Shown: positions 37,970-49,785 of the stretch, piece by piece | Position numbering within the stretch: the first letter of the stretch is position 1 | How the letters are laid out: every line of letters starts with the position of its first letter | Assembly: GCA_036785375.1 (NCBI GenBank) | Contig: JAWMAR010000578.1 | Span: 868,001 to 932,000 of the forward strand | Length of the DNA: 64,000 nucleotides | Direction: 5' to 3' | DNA from: Leucoraja ocellata | Lineage: Eukaryota | Position numbers and translations under genes: made by a program | The notes under the pieces: model-generated | Database searches by the model: none | Seen by the model: only the letters and a program-made list of their open reading frames with translations | What the model was told of the DNA's origin: nothing

Positions 37970-38014
37970 GAATGATGACCTAATGATCACCTAATGATCA
38001 CCTAATGATCACCT
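37970..38014. repeat. 11-bp tandem repeat (TAATGATCACC), about 4 copies
   Basis: Directly visible. Confidence 0.9.
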
Positions 38015-38120
38015 GCAATGTTTCTTCTTCTGCACTCAACATTTATTAATTTACTGTTCCTGTTTTCTGAAATACTGTTAGGATATTAAAGCAATTGGCA
38101 AAAATAAATAACGGTCTTAC

Positions 38121-38219
38121 CATTTGTTGCCTTTATTCTGAGTACTATCAAAATTATAATCGGGATTAAAATTGCCAATACGCCCACTACACATCCGGGA
38201 ATCAGTGCGAGATTAGAGT
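38121..38219 (-). CDS. Ig receptor gene A, transmembrane exon (uncharged)
   Basis: ctcctgcag|(D)SNLALIPGCVVGVLAILIPIIILIVLRIKATN|gtaaga; 99 nt, phase 1/1. Confidence 0.85.
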
Positions 38220-40226
38220 CTGCAGGAGAAGCAGATACATTTAAAACTGTAAAACAGATAAACTAAGAAACTGGTGAGAAATTAGGAGTCAGGAAGGCAG
38301 AGCACTCCGAATGTGTCTTTTTATCCTTGGTGTACAAGCATTCCAATATATACCGAATGGAACGAATTGCATTATTTGCAAGTTAGCGAATAAATATATA
38401 TCGTCTGCTTTGATCTGTCATTTTCAGATCTGACATCTCTTTGTAACCTTCCATATCTCTAGTTTCCCTCTCCACTGACTCTCAGTCTGAAGAGGTGTCT
38501 TGACAGGAAACGTCACCCATTCCTTCTCTTCGATGATGCTGCTTGACCTGCTGTTACACCAGCATTTCATGCCCATTTTCGGTGTAAACCATCATTTGCA
38601 GTTCCTTCCAACACAGATGTATGGTAAACACGTAAACCGTGTCACATAATGATCCAGTGAGCTTCTCTCTGTGCATGAAAGTTACTTATGAAATATAAAG
38701 TGAGACTTGCTTTTTTCTTAGCAGATTCCATATTTTAGGACCGGCATATAGCACCTGATTCTACAGCTTTTAAGGTGTAACAAAAGCAATTTACCTTTAC
38801 ATGCGGGATTGCAAGCCTTTAACGTGTTCAAATATTTCAAGAAACAGGCAGGCCTTCCAACAAGATTTGCCTCCAAATCGCAGATTATGAGAAATTAGGA
38901 GAGTCATAGCACGAAAACCGGTCATTCCGCCACTCACCCATGCCGAGCACGTTGCCCAACCGAGGTAGTCCCAGCTGCCTGCCGTAGGAACCCAACAGGC
39001 TTAGTTGCATTGCTGGAGGGAAATTACGTTTCGAGTAGTGACCCTTCTTCAGATACCCTCCGCACAAGCTACCTGAGATGCTAAGTATCTCCAGAACTTT
39101 GCAGATGCTGGAAACATTTAAAAAGCAATCTCCTTTGCCTCCTACTTACCTGCTCCTGGCACATATCTATTCAAACCGTTCCCGTCCATATGGAGGTGAC
39201 ATGATACTTGGTAGAAATGGTAGAACATTTAAGGTGAGATTATAAGCCAGAAGGGCATGGAGGGGCATAGTGTGGGTAGTTGGTGGCATCATGGGCAGTA
39301 AACGGATAGAATAATTACATTTGAATACAACTAGACGAATACAGTGACATTTCATGTTGGTAAACTTATAAGGACTAGAGAATAAGGCCAGATGACCTCT
39401 CCGGGTGCACGATTGTGGTCGTTCCTCAATTAGAATCCATTTCTTGCCCATTGTTCATACCTTTTGATTTTAAAACACAAATGATCCGGGTAAAACTGAC
39501 AAGGCCAGCACATACAGTATTCCCAATTCATACTTGTCCTTCACAATGTGGCAGTGAGCAGCCTTTGTGAATCACTGCAGTCCTCTCGAAGATAATTCCA
39601 CAGTGTTATTGGGTAGGGAGTTCCAGGATCAAATCCAAGCGACGATACGGCCGATTTATTTACAAGTCATGATGGTTTGTGACTCGGAAGGGAATTTGCA
39701 GGAGATGGCGCGTTCCTATGCACCTGTTGCCCTTGATCATCATTTTCAAAAACTATTGATCTCAGCTCTGAAATACAACATTATGAATCTGTGATGTTCC
39801 GAGGTACGGAATTACAAAGATTCACGCATCTCTGGGAAGTGAAATTTATCGCCTCAATACAAACGTTAAAAGCCGACTTCCTGTCTTAAAGAAAATATGT
39901 CTTGTTCAGAGCATTCTCCTTCCCCATTCGTCATATTATGTCACTTTGTAGTCGCGAGTTGAATGTGTGCTTGCTACACCACTGTCAAGTGCCTGAAAGT
40001 TTGCTGTTTCACACGCACAATATACATTAAACGTATCAATTAATCGTCGCAGTTCTAATTGAGAAAATATAGCGCTAAATGATGCATTAGGTGGCTTGCA
40101 CATCGATATTCTACTGTGAATAAATAGGTTAACATTTACTACTCCACGTACAGTATTCGGCCAGATATAATTTCTAAATCGGATCGGAGGTCTCCCTCTG
40201 TTCCCAGTTCTGTTTGCCAGTCTTAC

Positions 40227-40517
40227 CTGGCTTGACGGTGTAGTCGACTCTGGCGGGGACCGCAAGGGAGACATGTGACACTTTGCAGGTGTAAATATCA
40301 ACGCGCCAGGTAGGCTTTGTTACTTCGAGAAAACTGGAAGCCACATACAACCCCCCCACGCTACTGGTGTTCACAGGTTCCTCCCCGGTGGAAATTGTTA
40401 CACCATTTCTTTGCCAGGATATTTTGACTTCCTTCGGGGAAAAGGCAGCCGTTTGACACACAAGTTTTGGCGGCGAACTGCCATTAACTTGGCTAATGCT
40501 CAGGGGAGTTGGCGGAG
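40227..40517 (-). CDS. Ig receptor gene A, C1-set domain exon
   Basis: (A)PPTPLSISQ...LVCQTAAFSPKEVKISWQRNG...LYVASSFLEV...YTCKVSHVSL; C1 motifs C-x4-F-x-P-x6-W and Y-x-C-x-V-x-H; AG/GT, 291 nt, phase 1/1. Confidence 0.92.
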
Positions 40518-40779
40518 CTGTAACAGAAGGAAAAAAAAGTTATGTTGGATGTCTTCTTTCCATGTCAATGAATACTCTGTCGTACGGCTTGTGAAGACAT
40601 TGCAGTATCATGACCACATGGGTTATCGGTACGTTCACTTTGAAACTCGTGGATTTGTCACTGATTTATAGTTAGTCTTACCATGGACAGTAAAATACAT
40701 TCAAGGAACACATAGGGATGTGATTTTCGATTTAAGTAATATGCGGAGAATGTTGCAAAGAATGATACAGGCCCGGTGT

Positions 40780-41010
40780 CGCCTTCACGCTGACTATTAA
40801 ACTCCTATTAATTTATCCAATTTTCCTGTCGCATCCATATCAACTGTCCTCATTCTTCCCCACCACAATCAATTATCACGGGATAATTTACCGCTGGCTA
40901 CCCTACCAACCAGCGAAAAGTTGGCAATGGGTAAGTTAGCGTAGCAACGGAAGAAAAACCACGAATTTACGAGGAGATTGTTAAACTGCACACAGACTAA
41001 CGAATCCTAA
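40780..41010 (-). mobile_element. Degenerate V-SINE, at the equivalent position to 62860-63090
   Basis: Reverse-complement similarity to the 32255-32572 V-domain. Confidence 0.55.
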
Positions 41011-42675
41011 CGAATCCAGCCCTGTATATATTCACATCTCGCCAATGCATATGGTCGAGGGGCAGGGTTTGGCTACATCTATCGATCTGAGGTTTGGCCC
41101 CATAATAGTTCAAGATACAAGATACAAGGTACATGTAATTGTCACATGTGCCAGACTGGGGTTGAGAGTTCAGATGAAGTAACTTTCACAAGGAAAACCT
41201 TTTCCAGGCCGCGATATACGGTATGATTGTACACGGTATGATTGAGTTATACTGACAATTGGTTGATAATAACAAATAAAGGTGATAGAACGTGAAAGTG
41301 ACTTCCAATGTGGCAACACATTTTATCTATATCTCTGGCCTTTTCTAAATTTGCTCGATATATTGAACGCATTCCATGTAAGTAAGATTCTATTGAACCG
41401 AACTCCATATTTGTCATTTACGAACACTGATCTTTCTCAGTTAAATCTACAGTCAATGTTTAGCTGGAAGGACAGGTGTATTGGGAGTCATTACAAGCAA
41501 TCTGTTGAACACCTAACTTTTAAATGTTCTTACATTCCGTTTTTGTACTAACAAGTTATTGAATCAGGATCATTATTGCCTTCGGGAGAGAGTTCTGTGT
41601 TTATTCTCAACCTCAGCGAGTGCACTACCAGCTAAAACTCAAAGTTTCTCCATGGCACAAAAACAGATTATTTTATGTGGAATAAATATTTGTTGCGATG
41701 TTGAGTGACAGCGCCGTTTTACTTGTAGGCATTTCAACCGAGGGTCGTGTAAATGGAAACCACGATTTGCAAGGACAGGAGCACTAGTGGTTCTTCAAAA
41801 GACCTTTACATTCTGTTCGTGCTTTACAAATATTTGGCGGTTAAATAAAAATGCTCGAATACACAAAAACCGTAACTCAGCGGGACAGGCAGCATCTCTA
41901 GAAAGAAGAATTGGGTGACGTTTCGGGCCGAGACCCTTCTTCAGTTTGAATCATCACTATTAGAGATGCTGCCTGTCCCGCCGAGTAAATTCAGCATTTT
42001 TTGTCTATCTTTAATACATCCAAATCATGAGAGCTCCCTTTATTCACACGTTTCCTGACTTTAAGGATAAAACTAATAGATTTCGGAAAATTAGTTATAA
42101 CAAATACTGGGTAGACAACTTGTAGCGGTTGCGTCAAAAAGAATAAGATTGTGTGTGGACTGTGGGTGGACACAGTTCTGGGGAGGTTGTAGCCACAGTT
42201 GGCCTGGAATGGTGACTTTTCATTATACACAAGAGCAGACCCAGACTCAGTGTGTTAAAATGATTCCCGTGAGGAAAAAGCCGCCATACTTCCCACAGTC
42301 CAGATTAAATATCCAAGTGGCTTGAGCATCTTCACTGAAAAACAATGTGATCACTGAGCACCGTGGGAATGATGAAGAGTGAATCTGAATCGTGGGCGAT
42401 AGCAGCGCGACTACAGAAGGACAAAGGAAAAGGCCCCCTGGAAGCACGAAAAACGAGAACAACCCTCCCTCGCCACACACATGCTGCCCGATCAGCTAAT
42501 TATTTCCAGACATTTCAGATTTCAAGTCAGCAGAGTGGTTTGATTTCATAACAAAAAATACAGTTATTAGTAATCATCCAGTTTTAAGCCAGTGATAAAA
42601 TGTGATGTTATTCACATTAGAGAGCATAATTTATACTATAGAGAGCTTACGTTCTCTCCGTCATGGGATACTTAC

Positions 42676-42981
42676 CAATTACAGTCAGCCTGGAGCCAGG
42701 TCCATCTCCGATAGATTGCTGCTGAACTTTCACTTTACAATAATAAACCCCGGAGTCCGCTATATTTGCATTCAGGAGAACAAAATCCCCAATGCCCTTT
42801 CTGGTAGAAATTATTTTTCTGCTGTCTGGTTCTATAAGTGTCTTCTCTCCCCATCTCCACCAGGAAACATCAGGAGTAACTTGTTGTATTGAGAACGTGC
42901 AGAACATGGACGCATTGCCTCCTCTGTGGACTGTCAGCTCTTTCGGGAATTGGTCCACTTTGGTCGTAGTTACTTCGTTGG
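42676..42981 (-). CDS. Ig receptor gene A, germline-joined VJ-type domain (NCR3/NKp30-like)
   Basis: (A)NEVTTTKVDQFPKELTVHRGGNASMFCTF...VSWW...DSGVYYCKVKVQQQSIGDGPGSRLTVI; J-like GxG-x-x-L-x-V in the same exon; ggcag| and |gtaagt, 306 nt. Confidence 0.92.
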
Positions 42982-43186
42982 CTGCCAGAAATTAAGGAAA
43001 ACACGGAAAACAGTTGCACAAACTGGACAAGGAAAATTAATCAAGAGTTGAAAATTACAAAAGTAAATTAGAATTAGCGACAAGCGAGCTGGAGAAGCAC
43101 TGTAACTAAATTCACAGTGGGCAACTAAATGGAGTATTCTAAAACAGAATTAAATATGATGGACCGGCACATATATCTAAAAGTAC

Positions 43187-43241
43187 CTTGCCAAACTGTC
43201 ACCAGAAGGGCCATGTACCGAAATGATGCTTCCACTGTCAT
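43187..43241 (-). CDS. Ig receptor gene A, leader exon
   Basis: ATG; MTVEASFRYMALLVTVWQ then a phase-1 donor GTACTT, 205 nt upstream of the V acceptor. Confidence 0.75.
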
Positions 43242-44149
43242 ATTATAAGATAGTTGTTGGCCGCTTGTTGCAAATGAGAGGTTTCCTAAAAGATCCTTGC
43301 AAGAAAGAGTTGCTGGTGAATAAATATTTTCCGCTTGTGACCATGACATAGGATGTCACATGACGGTAAAGTGGGTTTCACATTTGGTTCGGTGTTGGTG
43401 GAGTACTAGTGTGAGCGAGGGTCCGCCCCCACTGCCAAGTGAACAGTTTCTATCGGGGTACAATTCTCTCTCAGACTTCCCTGGATCCATGTTCAAATGA
43501 TTGACTGACCATTCAGAAGAGAATCGCAGATTTTCCTCATTCGACGCAAGGGACTTACAATCTAATATGAACTTTAAAAAAAAAATTACAGGGGGAAGGA
43601 AGGAGAATGCGGTTGAGAGCGAAGGGTTAATCAGTCATGATAGGATGGCGGAGAAGACTCGATGGGCTGAATGGTCTAATTCTGCTTTGATTTATGAGCT
43701 TATGAATTTATTTCGTCACCCCACTTCGGGTTTGATGTCTTTCTAATCTCTCTTATGTTCCATGTCCCAGGGCTTGAAGCCCATTGGAAAAACAACAGGA
43801 GTAACTAACCCAGATATGTCTTTCTTTATTTCTTTTGCTTCAACCCAGCCTGATTTTAATTGGAATATAAAGCAAGGAAGGATGAACTGAAATGGACGAT
43901 TAGAAGGACCAAAAGTTGCCACGAGGTGCTTGAAGAAGGGTCCCGAAACGTCACCCATTCCTTGTCTCCAGAGATGCTGCCTGTCCCACTGAATGACTCC
44001 AGTATAAAAGGTGCCACAAAATGGTTTTGGGGAGTCGGTTTACATACAATCCCTTTAAAAAAAATACCTACATTAAAACAAGAGGGTAACGAAGAGAGGG
44101 GAGGGGTCACTCAATGTAAAATAGCAAATTTGTGCATGGAGTCGGGTTG

Positions 44150-46310
44150 AGGCAAAGTACTAAACAGGTACATTGCATCTGTATTGACTGAGGAGAAGGG
44201 CATGGAAGACGGTGAGTTCAGTGTTGAGAATATTAATTTTCAAGGACAGATTTTTGATTAAGATACAGGGGTTTTTAACAAACATTAACGTGGATAAATC
44301 CACAGGGCCTAACGCGATATATTTCTTGAGAGAGGCAAGAGCGGAAATTGCAAGAACCTTGACAAAGATTTTAGCATTTTTTCTGGCTACATGCAATGAT
44401 CTGGAAGACTGCAGAGTAGCTAATGTTGTTCCATTGTTTAAAAAGGGAAATAGAGGGAATTTAACTAATATGGGCCTGGTGCACCACACGTCAATAGTAG
44501 GGAGGCTATTGGATATGATTCATTTGGATAGGATTTATTCCCATTTGGAAGAGAATGGTTTCATTTAGACAGTCAGCATGGCTTTGTACATGACAGGTCA
44601 TTTTTTACTAATGCTCCAGATTTTTTGAAGAAGGAGCAAAGGTGATCCATGACAGTAGAATAATGGATGGCATCTACATAGATTTTAGCGATGCATTTGA
44701 TGTAGGCTGATCCAAAAGATCAGGATCTTGTGTATTAACAGAGGATTAACAATGATTTGATTGTATGGATTCATAAATGGCTTACTAATAGAAGGCAGTG
44801 GGTAGTGGTGGAAGAACAATATTCAGGCTGGAGGTCTGGATGATCTATTGTACATTTTTGTTGTACTCCGTCCCCTTTGATATCTTGTTTTCACACCTTA
44901 CCCATCCATATCTTTGTGTCTCCCTCTCCACTGACTCTCAGTCTGCAGAAGGGTCTCAACCTGAAATGTCACCCATTCCTTCTATCTAGGGTTGCTGCCT
45001 GACCTGCTGATTTACTCCAACATTTTGTGTTTTTCTTTGGTGTAAATCAGCATCTGCAGTTCCTTCCTACACTTAATAATTTCTTTAGCTGAAGGGCAAC
45101 ACACCAGAGGACTGGAGAACAGCCAATATTGTTCCTTTGTTTAAGAAGGAAACTAGAGATGATCAAGGAAATTATAGGACTGGGCCTCACATCAGTGATA
45201 GAACAGCTATTGGAGTGGATTATTTGGGAGAGGCTTTATTTGTGTTTGGAAGAAAATGGGCTAATTAAAGACAGTCAGCGTGGCTTTGTACATGGAAGGC
45301 CATGTATTATGACCCTGATTGGTGTTTTTGAGCAGGAGATGAAGGTGATTGATCTGGGTGGGGCAGTGGATGCTGTCTACGTTTATTTTTGGCTAGACAT
45401 TTGATAAAATCCCTCATGGTAGGTAATCCAAAAGATGAAAGTGTTTGGAATCCAAAGTGATGTGGTTGTTGGAATTCAGAACTGACTTACTCAGAGCAGA
45501 CTGAGTGCTGTGATGGAAGTGAGTTATTTTGGCTGGATGTCTGTGACTAATAAAGTTTCTCAAGGATCTGCACTGGGACCTCTGTCATCAGCAATATATA
45601 AAAATGATTTGCAAATAAATGGGTTGGTTAGTAGTTATCAAATAATACCAAAATTGGGAAACTTGTGGAAAAGAGGTTGGCAGTCAAGTTATATAAGAGG
45701 GATTATAATCAGTTGCAGAAATGGATGGAGAAATGGCAGAATGAGTCTGCAAGTGTGGTGCACTTTGGGAGGTCAAATGTAAGGGGAAAGTATACACTCA
45801 ATAGAAAGTACCTCAGCAGCATCGCTATACAGCGAGCTCTCGGGCACCTTGTTCACAGCTCCCTGATAGATAGATATGCCATTTATTGTCACTATACATG
45901 TATAGTGAAATTGAAAGCTGCTCGTACTCAGTGCATGCATATAATTTAGTACAAAAAACAAGAAACAGAAAAACAAAACAGAAGGGATAAGGGGGGGGGG
46001 GGGGGGGGGAATAGGTGCTCAATTCTGCGGCGCTATATACATATATACATATATACAGATGGAAGTCCGGGTGTTGGGCTGTGAAGTCAGTGCATGTGTG
46101 AATTTGAATTAAGAGTAGTTATAATTTTCGGAAAGATAAAGATAAAGTAATAAAGAAAGCATCTGATATGCTTGCTTGCATCAATCAGAGCATTGAATAG
46201 AAAAGTCAGGAAATCGCGTTTAATTCAACTTGGCACCATGTTCGGCATGGACATCAGGCATGGGTTCAGGGCCTGTTCCTGTGCTGTACTTTTCTATGTT
46301 CTAATATGTT
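44150..46310 (+). mobile_element. Two successive CR1 ORF2 remnants interrupted by a Penelope-type repeat
   Basis: EDCRVANVVPLFKKGNR; LIKDSQRGFVHGRPCIMTLI; VSQGSALGPL. Confidence 0.8.
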
Positions 46311-46614
46311 GCTATTAATTCAAATGTATTCCGTTTTTTGCAATAAATTTGCAAAATCAAGATTTGCCGAAAAGTCTTCTCTACCAGATTAGTTGACCCA
46401 AATTAGGAAGAAATAATCCTTCAATGGTGCCACTCACACTGCCACCCAACATGGCCTGCTCAATGATTTGGTAACTGCAGGACGGAGATAGATTGTCAGT
46501 CACTTCCGGATTTCAGGTACCTCCGGTTGCTTTGCAAATCAATGAATATAACGAGCTGCCAAGAGAATTGGCAGAAACGGGTATCATTATGACAATTAAA
46601 TAAAACCCGGTAGT

Positions 46615-46960
46615 TCATAAGGTCATAAGTGATGGGAGTAGAATTATGCCACTCAATCTTGGCTGATCTATCTCTCCCTCCAATCCCCATTCTCCTGTGT
46701 TTTCCCTATAACTGTCACCTGTACTAATCAAAAATCTATCCATCTCTGCTTTAAAAATATCCACTGGTTTGGCCCCTACAACCTTTTGTAGCAAAGAAAT
46801 CCACAGATTCACCAGCCTCTGACTAAAAAATAATACCCTCATCTCCTTCCTAAAAGAATGTCCTTTCATTCTGAGTCTGTGACCTCTAGTCCCAGACTCT
46901 TCCACTAGTGGATACGTCCTCTCCACATCCACGCTATCCAACTTTCTCTATTCTGTACGT
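46615..46960 (-). mobile_element. CR1 LINE 3' end
   Basis: MDSVDVERTYPLVEESGTRGHRLRMKG...FFSQRLVNLWISL. Confidence 0.85.
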
Positions 46961-47278
46961 TCCATTAACTGAGCTCATCAATCTGCCATTTTTTGCAAAC
47001 GTTTTTCCATTTACTTTGTGATTCTTAATATCATCAAAACCAGAATGAAATATTTGGTTGTATTTACTTAATATGAGGAGATGGATTACGAAACATGGAT
47101 GATTTGCCAGTCCCACTTGCCAGCACCTGTTTCATGTCCCAAAAAAATATTTCCTCTCACTGTACCTGGCTGTCCTTTAACTGACTAAATTATGTCTGCC
47201 TCAGCAACCTCCTCCCACAGCTCTTACAAGTATGCACCACGCTTTGTGTGGCCCTCAGGTTCCATTAACTCTTTTCCA

Positions 47279-48662
47279 TCTCTATAATACTAAAACTCTT
47301 CCTATTGTTTGTGTTTGTGCCCACGATGTTTCAATCTGCTTTTCCTATCTTCTTCCAAACGCGAGGCCACAGCCTTACAATTTTCACATATCCTACTCAC
47401 ATTTTCCCCGTCGAGGCGATAAACATCTTCTCGTCACATTCCCGCCTATATTTCCAAAGTTATTAATCCTTTAAATTTTAAAAACAGCCCCCAAAACTCG
47501 CCCATTTCGGAAAAAAGAACCAGAGTGACGTCACAATGCACTTGCAAGGCAGGACGGGACACTCCAGGGGGGAGGGGCACTCCAATGCTCGCGGTGAACG
47601 AGGGGTGGTGGTGGCTGCTGGCGCCCGATGCCCAAACCTGGTGGGGAGTGTGGTGCTGGAGCTGGAGTGAGAGCTGAGCCCGGGGCTGGGGATGGGGCGC
47701 TGACCGGGGCCGAGAAAGAAGCTGCCGCTGGAACCAAGGACAAGCCTGGGTCCGGCGTCATGGATGAGCCCTGAGATGAAGTCAGGACCTGCACTGGAGC
47801 CCAGGCGGCAGCCGAGCTGACGGATGGAGTCTGGAGATGAAGTCGAGGCCTTCACTGGAACCCAGGCAGCGGCCGAGCTGACGGCTGGAGTCTAGTGTCA
47901 GGACCGAGCACAAGTACGAGAACCAGGCCGAGTTCCAGGCCCTGGCGCTGCTCTACGACCTGGGTAGGTGCTGGGGCAGGGAATGGGAATGAGGCGAGGA
48001 GGATGAGGGAAATGAGGAGGAAGGAGATGTGGTGGGGAGTGGAGTGGTAGAGGGAGACGGGGGTGTGTGCAGGAGGCTAGATGGGGAGGGGTGGAGGAGG
48101 GAGAAGCCCCTCCCTATCTACCCTCACTCTCACACTCTCTACCCCCTCCCTCTCTACCCCCTCCCTCTCCTTCCCTCACCCTCTCTTCCCCCTCTCTCTT
48201 CCTCTATCCCCCCCGTCTCTCTCTCTACCCCCTCCATCTCTGCCCCTCTCACTCTCCAGCCCCCTCCCCCACAACCCCCCTCCACTACCCTCCCTCTCCA
48301 CTCCCCCTCCCTTTCGTTCTCTACCCCGTCCCCCTCCTCTCCCTCTCTACCCCTTTCCCTCTACCCCGTCCCTCTTTGCCCCCCCCACCCCCTCCCTCTA
48401 TACCCCTCTCCCTCTTTACCCCCTCCCTCTCTACCGCCCCACCCTCACTACCCCCTCCCTCTCTAGAGATTGAAGAGGGAGGGTGAAGAGGAGTAGATGG
48501 GAGTGCTGGGGGATGAGTAGAAATGAGCCGCACCTGCGCAGTTGGGGACTATGCGTGAGTGGCGCAATATTGCATTGGGGGAACGGCTTGTGTTGGGGGA
48601 ACGGGTGAGTGGTGGAATCTTGCGTTGGGGGAGTAGACCCAATGGGTCTGCACTTGGTCTGG
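47279..48662 (+). mobile_element. Non-autonomous Helitron-like element inserted in a CR1 fragment
   Basis: A|TCTCTATAATACTAAAA start; AGACCC-AAT-GGGTCT hairpin 8 nt before CTGG|T; no TSD; the flanks rejoin into contiguous CR1 3' sequence. Confidence 0.8.
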
Positions 48663-49519
48663 TCTTCAATTAAAACGGTGCTCTCTAGTTTTTCTGACTC
48701 CCCTACCCTGATGAAAAGTCTGTGCTGTTCACCTTATCTATGTTCGTTGTGATTTCATATATAGAACCTCTAAAAGGCCAGATAGGTCTCCGACTCTCTC
48801 GGGAAAATGATCAAGCCAATTCTCATTGCTCAAAGCCTCCAGATTCAATGAATACATTATAGCTCTAACTAACCTAATATTTTATGGAGAATTGCACATT
48901 AATGAATTGTGCCAATTTAGAAAAGTAATACCAGTTTCATACATGTCATTGTTAAGGGGAAATCAGGCTGATTTCTCAAAAAGTAGCCTCACACTGTCAT
49001 GGCCATCATCATTAATCGCTACGAATTACCCACCCCCCCCCCCCTTCTATTTTGCATCCCCTCCCTATTTTATATTTGCTTCAGATTTCAGCATCCCCGA
49101 ACAAGTTCTTCCCGCCTCCTTCACCGCTTCTTCTCCTCCCTCCCTTCCCAGTTAGTTTTTCTCTCTCGATCTCCAGCGGTTCTCTCAAGAAAAATGGCCG
49201 AGTGCCAAGAGATGCTTGTGGTCCCTATTCCTACTATCGTCTCAATCACCAATGCAGATCAGCATCCGTATACAATGTACTATTTCCGACGTTGGGATCT
49301 CACTCCATCAACGGGTTCTTGGGAAGATCTGTCAGCTGTTGTGTTGAGATTCACCCAAAAAAGTGAGATTCACCAAAAAATAGTCAATCGGAAAGCCGAA
49401 AATAAAGAAAGAAAGCACGGAGCAACCATTTCAATGCTTGCTCCCCACTTGAAATCACATACAAAAGCAGAGGATTCATTTCTGGTTTCCGAACTAATGA
49501 CTCTCCCATACGTAGGGAT

Positions 49520-49785
49520 ATGGAAGTTACGGAAGTGACCAAAAAACCTTTGTTGAAGATGCGATCTTAACTGATGTCAACTGAACATTTCCTCCGTCCA
49601 TTCATCTAAATTACTCTAAAGCACCGCGAAAAGGATTTCACCTTTCAATAAATGTTCTTTGTTCCTATTTTCTCCCTTGAAGCCTAACGACCTTACTCTT
49701 GTTGAGAGACTCTGCGGTACACTCTTGCCAAGTGTTTCTGGATTCACAACAACAAAATTCACAGGTCCAGAATCTTCAGTCGATA
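49520..49785 (+). pseudogene. Possible decayed Ig V-domain exon
   Basis: One frame reads VN*TFP (TGA at 49582, where a B-strand Cys is expected)...*SLTTLLLLRDSAVHSCQV; a shifted frame continues KFTGPESSV; no Trp, two stops. Confidence 0.35.

Noticed and set aside
38013-38067. Extra cytoplasmic exon ENRNSKLINVECRRRNIA in gene A
   Set aside because: Implies an intron of only ~53 nt and a weak donor inside a tandem repeat.
42366-42400. C/D-box snoRNA (ATGATGA...CTGA)
   Set aside because: The boxes are only about 10 nt apart and there is no terminal stem.
41863-43119. Recombination signal sequences near the V exon (nonamer ACAAAAACC at 41863, heptamer CACAGTG at 43113)
   Set aside because: Neither has its partner at 12 or 23 bp spacing and neither abuts the V exon, which already contains its J-like strand.
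48029-48533. Pro/Ser/Leu-rich ORFs in several frames
   Set aside because: Artefacts of a low-complexity C/T tract inside the Helitron.
48999-49538. 179-aa ORF
   Set aside because: No recognisable domain; runs through low-complexity and repeat-derived sequence.
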